Below, in pieces: positions 41,105 to 63,310 of a DNA stretch of 64,000 nucleotides. Position numbers and translations under genes: made by a program. Each line of letters opens with the position of its first letter. Position 1 is the first letter of the stretch. A model generated the notes under the pieces. The model searched no databases. It saw only the letters and a program-made list of their open reading frames with translations, and was not told the origin of the DNA. This stretch comes from the human T2T-CHM13v2.0 reference genome, Homo sapiens. The DNA lies in assembly GCF_009914755.1 (NCBI RefSeq), contig NC_060928.1; one strand, 5' to 3'.

Positions 41105-41875
41105 TCGTGGCTGTTACCGAAGTTACCCCAATGAATTTCCCAGTGTTCGTAACATTGTGTGGTCTCCTATCATCTTGATTCTAGTCTGTTGCAACAATAG
41201 AATATAGTAGGTTTGATACTGTGCCGTTTTGGAGTCCAGTTCTTAATTGCCTTAGACATTCCTGTGTCTTTTTGCAATAGTCACTCTAGGAACAGTTTTT
41301 CTTATTGTTCTGAGGCACCTTGTATGAAGTCTAGGCTTCTTTTTGGAGAGATTAAAAAGCTATGTGGAGAAGCCCTAGAAAATAATGGACAGCGAGTCCA
41401 GAAAGAGAAGGGACAAGGCAGCAGGCATTTGGCACCAGCTATGGTGCAGTCGCCAACTCAGTCTGTGTAAGAGACTCCAAGAGTGACCAGTAAAGGAACT
41501 GCCCTGCTGAGACCCAGCTAACCGATGAAACTATGAGATATAATAGCAACAGGTAACTGAAACAGTGTTTGGTACATAGAAGCAGGGTGCTGCCATTAAA
41601 GAAAAAAAAAAATCTGAACTATACTGCACTGACTTTTGGAACAGGTGGTTGGTCTCAAAGAGATGGTGAAGATTTGAAGAACAATAAGCAGTCAGTTACT
41701 GCAAGTTGGAGGAAAGAGGATCAAGAGTGTACTGGAAGAACAATTAAAAAAACCATAAACTGCGGTTACAGAAAATATAGAAAGGGAAACTGATAGATTT
41801 GTGGGGCTAAGGAGATTCCAGGCAGACAGTTCAAAGTTTCGACTGGCTGTGACACAGAAGCAAGACAATCTTAAA
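41105..41875 (+). mobile_element. Old MLT1-type MaLR LTR plus start of internal region
   Basis: ggaactgccctgctgagacccagc...gagatataat...caggtaactgaaaca followed by int-like tttggtacatagaagcagggtgctgcc. Confidence 0.55.
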
Positions 41876-42559
41876 AAAAAATAAATAAAAAGGATATTCT
41901 AAGTTTATTATCTCCTGCTACATTTCAGTTTACATAAAATAGTACCAGAAAATGAAATGAATGTATATGTAAATTAACCAGTAATAAATGTAAGTACTTA
42001 CACTATACTACACTAAAGAGGTCAGGGCTTCCTTACTTCTAAAATAAAACTTCCCATTCAAAGTCTCTCCAGAAAACAAGAATGTTAGAGGCTTTCACAT
42101 CTAGCTGAAAGTATCTGTAAGAGATTGTCTTAAGCAGGCCTGTAAGAATGTGGAGTGTGTTTTGTATAGCTTCTCATCTATACAATTGAGATTCTAAAAT
42201 CCTTCAAAACAGTGTCCACAGCACTTTGACTCTTAAAGTATATAATTGATATACCAGTATAATATTCTCTATTCCCTTTGTTTATACATTCCTCTATGGA
42301 ACTAAGTTAAGCAAAGTTTCTTTAAAGCTATTAATACAGTGACACAAATAATTGAATAAAATCTATTATTCAACAATGTTTTTTACTATTAAAAGATAAT
42401 TCATTATTTGACTTCTTAATAATTTGTTAATGGCTGCAGTAGCTCCCAGTAAAATAAAATTAAAGCCATAGATTTTTCTATTCAAGTAATGTTTAGAAAC
42501 TAGAAAAATCAAACAAAAACAATAATGTGTTAAATATTCAATTGAGGAATGCAGAGATC

Positions 42560-44230
42560 AGTACAGGAGAATGGAGAGAATGTAAAGAACAGTTATGGAA
42601 AAGTTAGCATTTGAGAAAATTCTTAAAGAATGCATAGCTCAAAAACATAAATAACACAGTTTGAGGATACGAGATTTGCCAGACACTGTTGTGTGCTGGG
42701 ATTCTCAGAAATGAGCTACACAAGCAGATCACTAATGTTTTAAGTCCAGTAGGATATATGACTATTACTCAAACAAAAGTAATTTTTTTAATGTCAAGGA
42801 TTATTTTACAAAAGAGTCCATCAGTTTAGCTAACTGATATATGATAAAGCCCCCTTGAAGTAGAAAGGAGCTTGGTCAACTTTGAGAGCAGAAAGAAGAG
42901 CTAGACTGGCTGATGCATGGCAAGAAAAGGAGAAACACATGATGTCATTTTCACAGAAAGGCCAGACTCTAAGGCCCTTTGTAGGGTAAGGCAAAGCTTA
43001 GAAACTTTTACTACGTGTGACAGAAAGTCCAGGAGTGGGAAAAGAGATCTGATCTTCCATTGAAGGTTCAAGTGTATGGTGGGTGGAGAGCTATGTAAGG
43101 GTGCAACCATGGCAAATGACTTATTTGGAAAGTATTGGGCAGATAACTTTAGTGTGGGCTAAAGTAAGGAGAGTGAAGATTAAAAGATGCAGACATATTT
43201 GCAAGGTTTGTTTTAGTTAGAATTGAAATAACTTACTGAAGGATAGAGAATTGAGTGGTGTAAAGTAAAGGCAATTTTTTGACTTGAAGAACTGGATGTG
43301 AGGACCAATTAACTCTAAAGTTTGCTGAGTTAGAGATGTCCATTGCATATCTATGTGGAGATAAAAAGCGGGCATTTAAGTCAAAGATGAAGATTCAATT
43401 AAGAATTTTAAAGTACCACCATCCCATGTCCTATTTTATTTTGTAGTAACAACACCTTTTTGAGAGAGATATTACTTAAAATATTTTAGGTGAGGAAGTG
43501 GATATAAGGAATATTGAGTAATTTTTAAAATTGTTGTAATTTCAAAAAGGTAGAAAGAAAATTTGGATTCCAGTCTTCATAGCTTTACAGGCACTTATCT
43601 TTTTATTGCTTTGAGTGGATAGGTGGAAAGGATGGCTGGAGGGGATTCTTTTGGAAATATCAAAGCAAACAAATAAACTACAAAAATAAAAATTGGTTAC
43701 TAAAAGCCATGGGACATCCATTTGCCTTTGGGGACTATGTTCAGCATGGTTAGAACATAGAGGTGTTGAGAGAGGAAATCATGCTTGAAGAAACAGTTGG
43801 AAAATGGATTACATGCTGAGGACATTTTTTCTGAAACTATGGAATGTTCTTATATTACTTTGATCAGAAAAAAAGAATAAGTGTTTTATAAAGATCACTT
43901 TGGCATTATTAGGGAAGACTAACTGAAATGGCCTTAGACTGGAAGTAGGAAGTTTTCCATGTTAGGAATAGTGAGGATTTGATTTGTATCAGTAGCAACA
44001 GGAAAAGTGAGATATAGGTAGCTTTGTCAGAATATTTAGAAGCTTAAAAAATTATTTTAGTAGCTGGATTCACAGGATGAAAAATAATTGTAAACAAACA
44101 TAATCTCTGGATTGAGACACAAGTTTGATGGTGATGATTTCAAATGCAATAAAATACAGTAAATATACAGGCAATAAGTTAATTTAAAGGTAAATTAATG
44201 ACAATAGTTTAGCCATGTTGACTCAAGATA
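42560..44230 (-). mobile_element. L2 LINE fragments, highly degraded
   Basis: Purine-rich patches typical of antisense L2 (gcaaagcttagaaactttta, aagtttgctgagttagagatgtcc, ttttataaagatcactttggc); boundaries vague. Confidence 0.45.
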
Positions 44231-44989
44231 ATATACTTTACCCTTAGGAGTGCTAAGATTACCTTTTCAAGATAGCCAATTAAGTATTCAGTTCATTTAA
44301 ATTAGCTAACTATGTGGTAAAGAAAACACTTACTCCAGAGTAAATGTTGCTGTCCGGTCCATTACTTGGATTAACCTAAAAGCCTCACTTCAGCAGAACA
44401 TGTCTTACTTTTTTTCTGTAGTAGCTATTGCTCCCTTTATCAATATAAGACAGGAAGCTTTTCTCTGATCAGAAATATAAAAAAAATATCAACTTTCAGT
44501 CTAAGACTGAGATGGCCCTAGTAGCTTCAAGTTTTTGTCATTTTCAAGTAACTCTCAGCTTTTCAAATTTCATCAGAAAAATTTTCTCTCCTTTTGATAC
44601 TGATGAAAAGTCTTTAACCTGTGCCTTGGTATTATCGACATCTTCATTATGCAAATATATGATGTTGTGGGAAATTATAAGCCACAGCAATTGATTATAA
44701 TGAGAATTCATTGTGCAGAGGGGTGGTTAGGAACAAGAAGCCTAATTCTATGAAGATTCCAAAGGAGCTACATGGACCAAGGTAGAAATTCCTGTAAGGT
44801 AAGATCACATATTTTTTCAAGTAATCAGTATGTGTTCTGTAGACCTAAGGGATTTAACTGTCATATTTTAAGGTAAATGTCAAAGAAGAAATTATATATT
44901 TGAAATGGAATAAAGAGACGTCTGTTTAGGCAACTGGTCAAACCCAGTGAAAGGTTTCAGCTATTTTCCCTACAAATTTAACTTCAAAA

Positions 44990-45365
44990 TTGGGACAGTT
45001 GGAGAAATGTGAATATATATTATAAACTAAATAATAGTTTGTATAAATGTTAAATTTTGTGAATTCAATAATTGTATATGGTTAATTAAGAATATATCCA
45101 TTTTGTGGGAAAAAAACTATTGAAGTATCTAGAGGTAAAATGGCATCAGATATTCAACCCACTGTGAAATGGGTCAAAGCATATATATGTGTGTGGGTGT
45201 GGGTGTGTGGGCATGTGCATACAGAAAGAGAAACATAAAATACTATAACAAATATAGCAAAATATTACTTGATGAATCTGGATAATGAGCACACCAAGTT
45301 TCTTTTTATTGTTACTTTTCACTAATTGTGCAATTCTCTGTAATTACTACAAAGTCAATTTTTAA
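44990..45365 (+). mobile_element. Old L1MC-type 3' UTR fragment
   Basis: ttgggacagttggagaaatgtgaatat...aatgttaaattttgtgaattcaataattgta...tgatgaatctggataatg. Confidence 0.6.
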
Positions 45366-46485
45366 ATAATGAATATGCTTTTAATTATAGTATTGGAAGC
45401 TATACTTTAGAGTTCATTGGCACAGTTTTTGGAAGTAATTTCAATGCAGTTACAATTGAAGAAATGTAGGCAACATTCTCTCTTTCTCATTCATTGTTAT
45501 ATTTCATAACAAAAATTTTCAGCTTCACTGTATGCAGTAAAGTGAAAAGAATGTGACTGAGTAATGTTATTTAGAAATTAGGATTTGTGACCATGAAATG
45601 TTTCCTGATTAACTTGATAGTCTGTGTTTTTTAGAAAACTTTTGTTTGGAAAATAATTTTGTTTTGTTTTGTTTTTTCGAGAGACTGACCAATCGTAAAT
45701 CATGATTCAAAGTATCAGAGTTTCTCAGCAAATTATGAGTATTTAACAAATTCAGGATATGGATTACCCTTTCTCAACAGTTTTAAAGTATGTTGCTATA
45801 TTCACTGTATAGAATAGAATGTATTATTTTCACTTGGAGCTCAAAAATGTGAGGTGATTCATTATATTTGCACATATAAAAATTAAAGCATTGTAAAATC
45901 TTGTTTAGTATAAAATTTTGTGCATATTTTAGCTCAATATTCTTGATTTTTAAAATTGAAATTATGGACCTTCAAGTCATTTTTTTTATGAAAATTTAGA
46001 TAAACTATCTTGGAGATACGTGCCAGATATTCGTAATCTCATGTCCTAACAATCTTTATAATTTTGTATAGTATATTCCCGAAGAATACTGATATAGAAA
46101 TAAAAAATATGTCTGGTGTGCAACTCTCTGTAACGCTCCTTTTTATTGTCTCCAGTTAATAATGTTAATCCACATATATACACATAGTATTAAATGAAAA
46201 TGATTATATATATCCATATTAAGAAAAACAATATTTTTAAAAAGAATTCTTCTAGTGATTTTTTTCAAATATGTAATAATTTATAACAAACATGTAAACA
46301 TGTAATAATAGGTTTAATTTTATCTATTAGTTGTTTTGGACTTCTAAACTGTCAAAAACATGGTAAATTTAAATAATCGATGTAAAAACTATTTTAGAAA
46401 GTTTTAAAATGATATTAGAAGTACTATTCATAATAAATTTAAAAACATTTTAGGATAACTTCATATTTTTAATGTTTTAATTTTT

Positions 46486-46590
46486 AGGGGTTGCATAGCA
46501 CACATTTACCTATGTAACAAACTTGCACATCCTACACTGAGACTTAAAAATAATAATAATAATAATTTTTGTAAAAAAGAAAAGAAAAAA
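46486..46590 (+). mobile_element. Very short L1PA 3'-end fragment
   Basis: cacacatttacctatgtaacaaacttgcacatcct followed by an A-rich tail. Confidence 0.7.
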
Positions 46591-46728
46591 TATATCATCT
46601 GACATATTTTGAAAATTGGTAGTTCTTTGACTTAAATATTTATATCAGGGCATTTAATGAATTCTATGTTAGGATGAAATCAATGTTTTAAACTTATGGA
46701 ACTATAAAATATTTTATATAATAATTTA

Positions 46729-49966
<3,238 letters not shown>

Positions 49967-50341
49967 AGAAAATAAGAGAATCTCCATTGAACGTATATAC
50001 TTCACTTTAAATTTCATTGCAGAAAAAGTTTAGATGGTATTAAAAACTCAATCTAACTGATGTATCAGATCTCAGTTTTAATTTTATGTCATTTAAAATG
50101 CACTTTTAAAATGTTTAAACAAGGAAAAAATGCTCTTTTGTTACAATAGCTTATTTTTTTTAACTTTTTACTTGTAAATAATTTCACACTCACAGAAAGT
50201 TGACAAAGAAAAAGTCATGCAATACCCTTACCCACATTCAGCTATAGTCAACATTTTACCCCATTGGTTTGAACTCTCTCCCCCTCTTTCTCTTAACTTG
50301 CCTTTGTCTCTTGTCCATTTTTTTAATTACTCAATCACATA

Positions 50342-50533
50342 TTTTATTTTATCATTTTTTAAATTTTACTTTAAGTTCTGGGATACCTGTGCAGAACGTG
50401 CAGGTTTGTTACATAGATATACGTGTGCCATGATGGTTTGCTGCACCTATCAACCCACCATCTAGGTTTTAAGCCCTGCATGCATTAGATATTTGTCCTA
50501 ATGCTCTTCCTCTCCTTGCCCCCTACCACCTGA
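50342..50533 (-). mobile_element. Short L1PA (L1PA8-like) 3' fragment
   Basis: tactttaagttctgggatacctgtgcagaacgtgcaggtttgttacatag. Confidence 0.85.
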
Positions 50534-51017
50534 AATCTCTTTTTTATAGTAAAAAGTTTATTTTTTGTTTTTGACAATAGCTAATCAAATATTGGATTAA
50601 GCTAAAAAGATATATAATATTATTTTAAAAGGCATATGGAATTAAATAGCCTAGATACTCCTAAATAGTTACATTGGTTAAAGAAAATCTGAGGTATAAT
50701 TTTGTCATCTACAAAATACAAGTAATCCTTTTTTATATCTTATAAATATACTGTAAATCTCAAACCAAACAATTCAATAAAGACTTCTAAATACTATACG
50801 ATGTTATAGAAATAAAAAGAAATTCTTAGAAATTTGTGGAAATTAGAGGAGAGGCATGAAAACTTCTCTCATTCTCCATGAAAGTAACCTTTTGTTTGTC
50901 ATGTTAAATTAGATTGCTGAAGGATCCATGTAACATCTTACTTAAGCTCATAATTCTGTCTGTAAATGAAGTTTTATCAAATGATTTTATAAAACAAACA
51001 CTGTATTATAGTAAAGG

Positions 51018-51335
51018 TTTTTTTTGTTGTTGTTTGTTTGTTTTTGAGACAGAGTTTGGAGTCTCGTTCTGTCGCCAGGCTGGAATGCAGTGGCGTGATC
51101 TCGGCTCGCTGCAACCTCTGTCTCCCGGGTTCAACAATTCTCCTGCCTCAGCCTCCCAAGTAGCTGGAATTACAAGCATGCACCACCACCCCCAGCTAAT
51201 TTTTGTATTTTTAGTGGGGGAAGGGGGGTGGTTCACCATGTTGGCCAGGATGGTCTCGATCTCCTGACCTCGTGATCCATCCACCTCGACCTCCCAAAGT
51301 CCTGAGATTACAGGCGTGAGCCACTGCTCCTGGCT
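51018..51335 (-). mobile_element. Alu SINE (AluSc-like)
   Basis: Antisense Alu with ctgtcgccaggc and ctcctgacctcgtgatcc; tail decayed to (GTT/GTTT)n; flanks tagtaaag/tagtaacg. Confidence 0.95.
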
Positions 51336-52447
51336 AGTAACGTGTTTGTTTGTTTGTTTTAGTGCATTGAGTCTTGTGTTTGATATATGCAGGGAATAAA
51401 AACCGTGTCACATCGGAAACTATTGTGGCAGCTAGATATAAGAATCTCCAAGAGAAAATATGGAGACCTGTGTTCTATTTTCACGTATCTTGGGAGGTTA
51501 CACTGTAAAATATCGAACTGTTACAGCAAATTTTCAGTTTGATAATTGGATAGATAAAGTCACACAGGTCATGGTCACTGAACAAATCTGTAAAAGTAAT
51601 ATATTTGTGAAACAATAATTTATAACAAAAGTTCATTGGAAAACTGTCAAAACAATCATTCAAGCCAAATATTTTGGAAGGATGTTGTAATTTATGAAGC
51701 AAATACCCATACTGAGGCACAAAATGACATATGAGGGTATATGGAGAACTAGTGTGATGAAGTAGGCCCATATGCCTATATGTTTATAAATTAGTTTCAA
51801 CATAGAAAGAGAGGACAGAGAAAGTTGTCATTTCTTCATAAGAAAAGTAACATTTAGTAGACTAATTACACCACAGTTATACAAGTATCCATCTTAATAG
51901 GATTGAAACCAAAGTATCACTGATATTAATGACAAAAAATGTTTTGGTTTTGGTTTACATCAATGATTTTCAAGCACATAAATTGATTTTTTAAAATAAA
52001 ATATGATTTTCTTAATTTACTCAGAACAAAACTATTCTTTGTTTAATATTCTATCCAATACATTATGAATATCTCTCTCAATAGCATGTAGGAATGAAAC
52101 ATTCTTCCCAACATATCAAATGTCATTATGAAAATCATTGAAAGTGTGAGGTTTCAAATAATAATTAATGGAAAGAAAGTGGAAAGGCAACAGAAGAATG
52201 GAGGATTAAATTGGAAAATACTGTATAAATTTTTTAATAAAGACTAAATAATTGGCTGCATTGGTATAAAAAAAGATGACTAGAGTATCCATGAAAATGC
52301 TTGCAGGCAGGCATATGTGATTTTATGCAGCGTATTTAAGACTGAACCTTCAAAAAAGTATTGGTAGTACCAGAGGCAGGATATATGGCACAATCTAAAT
52401 TCAGAATAGTCTTAAATGAAGTTATTTTTTCTGTAGTGCTAATGACT

Positions 52448-54849
<2,402 letters not shown>

Positions 54850-55028
54850 AAGTTGACTTTTGTAGCTTCTCCATACAAAGTATGGATGTTATATAGTCTA
54901 AACCAAAGCAGTGCAGGAGTCTTTGTCTCTTTTATTTCCTGGTTAATTATAAATTATTTTAATATGACCAAAATATGGTAGATGCTCAATTATACTTACT
55001 AAATGAATGGATAATTAATAATCAATGC

Positions 55029-55058
55029 TGTAATTACAGTTCTCCAGAAAGATGGAAC

Positions 55059-55108
<50 letters not shown>

Positions 55109-55627
55109 GAGAGAGAGAAAATAGATAAACAGACAGATAGGTAGATAGATGATAGATGGTTGAGAGGAAATTTTTTAGGAGAATTGGTTCACACAACAAT
55201 AATGAAGGTTGAGAAGTCCCAGGACCAGACATCTGCAAGCCGGAGACCCTGGGATGCCAGGAGGTGGCTCAGTCTTAGTATGAATGTCTCAGAACCAAGA
55301 AAGCCAATGGTGTAACTCAATCTGAGACCAAAGCCCTGATAACCTAGCGGGCTTCTACTGATAAGTCCTGGAGTCCAAAGGCTGGAGAGCCTGTAGTTAC
55401 TGTTCAAAGACAAGAGAGCAAGAGTGTATCCTAATTCCAGCAGAAAGATGGAAACATTTGCCTTTTCTCTGCTTTTGTTCTCTCTAGGCCCCCAGCAGAT
55501 TGAATGGTGCATCCCCTCATTGAGGGTGGATCTTCCCCACCAAGTCCACTCAGAATCACATTCAATCAATCAAGTCTCTAGGTGTTCTTTAATACAGTCA
55601 ATTTGACACCTAAAATTAACCATCACA
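55029..55627 (-). mobile_element. MLT2B-like ERVL solo LTR with internal (GA)n/(GATA)n microsatellite
   Basis: tgtaattacagttctccaga ... gacacctaaaattaaccatcaca; 5-bp TSD aatgc/gatgc; (GA)n at 55063-55118. Confidence 0.8.
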
Positions 55628-57463
55628 GATGCTAAACTAATATATATCCCAAAGCATACTGATAATATAAAATTGTTCTTCTGATTTCTTTTTGGTACTA
55701 CATGACTTGAATCTTCAATTAACTAATTAAAGGTAAAACTAAAAGGAAATAAACATGAAACATTATATTTGTGGGCCAACTAAAACACTGTGAATCTTGA
55801 ATTCAGTTTTCATAGTAGATAGAAACACTTTCCTATATTGCCAAATATACCAAATTAGAAAAAAATAAAATAAAAATTGTAAGACATATATGAAGTTAAA
55901 TTACAGTCTAAATTTCATAAGTATAAAAATACCTATACACATGTATTTGTTTGATTTATTTATATTGGTTTTAGTTAATGGCTTTACATAGTATGAGTAT
56001 TAAATTATTTTCATTCAACTTAGCAAATAAGTCATAGTGAGTATGTACTGAAAAAATTATGGCTATAATATTTATCCTCCTCAAATATTATTTCAATTTT
56101 ATTTATATTATTTTGGATTAGTGTTAAAGAAGGTGTCATTAATCTTATATTTTGTGGTAAACTTTGAAAAAAGTTTATTTATACTGTTCTTCGATTTGAT
56201 TTAGATGAATTGTATACTATAGTTTTTCTACATATTAAGCATATATAATTTTGGAATGAGATCCAGTGTAGAACGTTTTCAAAATCCAAACCATTATTCT
56301 AACCTATTTTGCTATGTTTTTAAATAAAATCCCTTTACTATTAAATTTAAAAAATTGTTCCTTCTATAAAAATATGAGGTTAATTGATTAATCAAATCTT
56401 AAAGACTTAGTAAATTTAAATTAATAAATACAACTGAATGATAAATAATATATTTTATCATTATGTCAGAAAGGTATTTGAAATAGGAAGACAAAGTCAA
56501 ATTTTAGAATATTAAGCTTAAAAACAATAATCAAGGTCTTAAAGTCAGTTAGGACTCTGATAAGTTATATTTACACTGAAACACAGTAGTATAAAATCAC
56601 TGTTAATATAATTTTCAAAATGGTAATTCAATATAAATTAATATAATTTACATGATTATTAATTTTAGAAATAGATAATATTAGCATTAGATTATCTGAT
56701 CTATAATTGAGTATGAGAAATTTAGATTAGTCAGATTATCCTAATCACAAAAACACAAGCACAAATTTCATGAAGAAAATATACAGTCTAATTTTAAAAA
56801 AGGAAAAAGACATACAGATATTTTTAAAACCTCAATTATCAAATTTGTTTAATTTTTCCAAGGATTCACATAGAATATGTGAACTTGAATTCTGATATAA
56901 ATATTATTCAGAGCTAGAGACGGCTTTTGCTCTGTTTTATACCTTTAAAAGTATATTTCAGTATTGTTATTCTTCTTTGGTGGGGGTTAGTGGTGATATT
57001 TATCTCTTTCTTTATATTACATTTAGCTAGCTTATTAGTCTCAATAAACTGACAAAAATAGAGATCATTCATTTTAAAATACTTCATAATCTAGAGTTAG
57101 AAGAACATCTTATTTGCACTATGTGAGAAACAGGGCCTGTATCATTTGTAAGCTCACAGGCCACAATATAGTGATTTTAAAACAAAAATTGTATTATTTT
57201 CATTAATTCTGTGTTTCAGAGATTGGGATGGGGAATAGTGGGTATGGCTTCTTTTTTTTTTTTCTATTATGTGTGGAGATAAGAAGAATTAAAGTTTGTA
57301 GATGACTTGAAAGCTAGGAGCTGAAATCATCTGGAGGCTCTTTCAACTTACTCTGACACCAGGGTTAGGATAACTTGGAGACTGTGCTGGCTGACTAAGC
57401 TTATATTCTTCTTGTGGCTCAGCTGGTGAAAATTTTAATGTAATGTAATGCAATGCAATGTAA

Positions 57464-57800
57464 TTTTTAATTTACAGATTTTATATATATTTTATATAGA
57501 GAGATAATATATATATCTATCTGTGGGTTACAATGTGATATTTTGATATATATTGAGCCTGTGGAATGACTAAATCAAGCTAACATATCTATCACCTGAT
57601 ATACTTATCAATTTTTTGTGGACTGTTAAAGTCTAATCCTTAGGCAATTATAAAATATGCAACATATTATTATTAATTAACCTGGAAGATATTATGCTAA
57701 ATGAAACAAGCCAGGTGCAAAAGGGCAAAAACTATGTGATCTCACTTACATATATAATCTACTAAAGTCAAAGTCATAGAAATAGAGAAGAGAACGGTGG
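57464..57800 (-). mobile_element. Short L1MA 3' end with inverted 5' part (antisense 57464-57678, sense 57679-57800)
   Basis: Antisense 3' UTR (aaatcaagctaacatatctatcacc) joined to sense aacctggaagatattatgctaaatgaaacaagccagg. Confidence 0.7.
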
Positions 57801-57833
57801 AATTTTCAAAACACCAAAGGAATTCCTTGCATA

Positions 57834-58150
<317 letters not shown>

Positions 58151-59579
58151 ATTCTATGCATAAACAAACACAAAGTTAAAAATCTGGTTGTCATACAAAC
58201 TTAAGCTTATTTGTTTCCAACATTAATTTAACTCATTAGTTAGGTAACCAGCAGAATGATAAAGCTATTTCCCCAATAGAGTAATTTTCTAAAGTCTCCT
58301 TAGCTCAAGGAATTATAGAGTCTAATAAAAGTTGATATTCTCTGTTTTGATTAAGGTGAACTGTGAGCTATGTAACAAAGTGTGGTTCTAAAGGATACAT
58401 GTTGATTGGCAATGTCATATATTCTAAATTTTAATTTTCATATTAATTATTAATGAAAATGTAGAATGTAACCTTTTTTACTTATAGCTGCTTTTATTCT
58501 ATGGAGTTAAATGTCATTCAAGAAGTATACAGCCACCCAGGCATATATATACATGATGATTACTGAGGGTTTAAGGCCTATTTTTTTCCACCTAACCAAT
58601 ACAGATTTTAGTTTTTTGTTTTCATACTCAAAACAAGTTCATATTTTCATTGATGGTCATATAAATTTTTTTTTATATTATGTTTATGTTATTCTAAACC
58701 TCTGAAGTCTATATCAATTGCTTATAGTTTCTAAGCTACTTATGCATTTATTATTTCTGTTTTAGCTGTATTGATAATAAAACATAACTGTGTAAGATAA
58801 CTTTATAACTTTTTTGGAGTCAGTTGCAATCAATACTTTATTAAATAAAAAGATTTCTGTTTGTAGAATTTAATACTAATGGTAGTATTATGTAAAAGTA
58901 GCTTTCTAACAATTTTATAATTTTAATTAAATGTTTTCTTAGCCCTTACAAAATCAATTCATTTGTTTTACTTCTCTTTCAGTTTTAAATACTAACAAAA
59001 GGGAAAAGAATAAAACTAATTTAAATGCCTAATATTGTACTGGAAAAATGTGAAAGGGATAAAAACTATTCAGTGTCAGTGTGTAACTCAATAAGGATCC
59101 TTTGTTCCAAAGAACAATTGGCTCTACATTGTGATTTTTTCATAAGTATGATTCAGTTGCTGTTTTAAACATAAAGTCATGGGACTCCTCACTACAAAAA
59201 AAATACTAAGAGGAAAATTGATCTAGTGCTGGGATAGAAATATATTATCAGTATCATATGTATTATCAGCATCACATGCATTTTGATGAATTCTAAATTT
59301 CTGGGATAGATGCAGCATATTATTTAAGATTCTTTTTAGTGACTTACTTGGAAATACACCCTGTTGAACACATCTTCACTTAAAACTGTTAGATTAACTG
59401 ACAATTATATGTATGTGTGTTTTATTAATATAATTTGTTTTTAAAACAGTTTTAGGTTTATAGAAAATTGAGCAGAGAGTGCAGAGAGTTCCCATATACC
59501 CCCCTTATTATACCTTGCATTAGTGTTAGGGCTGATGCTTGTTAAGACTGATCAGGCAATACTGATATATTATTATTAT

Positions 59580-60091
59580 TGTTGGGAACAGGCCCCCCAA
59601 AATCTGGCCATAAACTGTTCCCAAAACTGGCCTTAAACAAAATCTCTGCAGCATTGTGACATGTTCGTGATGGCCGTAACACCTACACTGGAAGGTTGTG
59701 TGTTTACCGGAATGAGGGCAAGGAACACCTGGCCTAACCAGGGTGAAAACCACTAAATGGTGTTCTTGAACCACAAACAACAGCATGAACGATCTGTACC
59801 TTAAGGACATGCTCCTGCTGCAGATAACTAGCCAAACTCATCCCTTTATTTCAGCCCATCCCTTTGTTTCCCATAAGGAATACTTTTAGTTAATCTATAA
59901 TCTATAGAAACAAGGCTTATCACTGACTTACCGTCAATAAACACGTGGATAAATCTCTGTTCGAGGCTCTCAGCTCTGAAGGCTATGAGACCCCTGATTT
60001 CCCACTCCACACCCCTATATTTCTGTGTGTGTGTCTTTAATTCCTCTAGCGCCGCTGGGTTAGGGTCTCCCCTACCGATCTGGTCTCGGCA
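59580..60091 (+). mobile_element. MER9 solo LTR (HERV-K HML-3) inserted in an old antisense L1 3' fragment
   Basis: tgttgggaacaggccccccaaaatctggccataaac ... tggtctcggca, 512 bp, AATAAA at ~59936. Confidence 0.92.
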
Positions 60092-60185
60092 ATTTTTACC
60101 TAAATTTATAGTTTAGGATTCAGTCCTTGGTTATACAGTTCTCTGTGTTTAATCACAGATATTTTAACAAAATTTGTATTTCTCT

Positions 60186-62117
<1,932 letters not shown>

Positions 62118-63017
62118 ACCGTCAGTTTATGTTTTTATGGTCTCTTTTCTGTTAGAGTAACATTTCGTCCAATGAAAATGACTATATTTTGTATCCAAAA
62201 TACAATATTTCTAACTCTAACAGATATTTCAATCAGAAAATAAACTTTATTATTTAAAACCTCAAATATACTTATCTATGGTTTTAGTTTCATAGAGCAA
62301 AATATATCCATTAAAGGTTAAAAACTTCAGTGTATATGACCACAGATTACAGATAACCATGTTCATTTCCTTGTGGTTTGGCAACTAAAATGAGATGAAA
62401 TAATTTTTGGACCAGATTTCCCTATCATATTTTGCTTATCTTAATTAATAAATAATGTGATTATGTATTATTTCTCTTCTAAAATAGCAATAGCATAAAA
62501 AACTTCCTCACAATTTTTTTTTGTATTTCATTGATATTTAGATATACAGATAGAATTGCTTTGAGGAAGGAAATGGCAACATAAGAATTACATGATAAAA
62601 ATATAGGAAGATACATATGGTTATTTTTCATCTAAATATTGATGAAGTTTCTAATTTATTAGAGTATACTTTATGTAGTTTGCAAAAATCAATGCAAATA
62701 GTAAACATTATTGAAAGATTTACCTACAATTTTGTAACCTTCTTAGCAGTTTTGGTTATCATCATGGTATCTGTTATGATGAAAATTTTGTAAATCTGCA
62801 TCTTTAGTGTTTATACTGCATTTTGTATCCTCAAATCTGCTCTTAAGTATTCTCTGGTAGATTATTCATTGTGTGCAGTGAAACTGGCCTTAAATTCATT
62901 CTCTTGCATGAGTTACATATATATAAGATAGAAAATTAGAATTTTTAATCTAATTTCAGAACATAATGGCAGTAAATAAAAGTTATACACATTTCCTACA
63001 GTTTCTTATACCTCTTT

Positions 63018-63310
63018 CGCCAGCTCAGCTAGAATATAAAGCAGGCAAAAAAAAAAAAAAAAAAACATGAAAACATGAGACCAGCCTAGCCTTCCAGGCT
63101 ACATCTTTCTCCAATGCTAGATAATTCCTGCCTTCGAACATTCTACTCCAAGTTCTTCAATTTGGGACTTGGACTGGCTTTGCTTGCTCCTCAGCCTGCA
63201 GATGGCCTGTTGTGGGACCTCGTGATGATGTAAGTTAATACTTACTAAACTCCCTTTTATTAATTCTGTCTCTATTAGTTTTGCCCCTCAAGAGAACCCT
63301 TACTAATACA
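63018..63310 (+). mobile_element. MLT2A-like ERVL LTR, 3' part
   Basis: ctagaatataaagcaggc...cttgctcctcagcctgcagatggcctgttgtgggacc...gagaacccttactaataca. Confidence 0.8.
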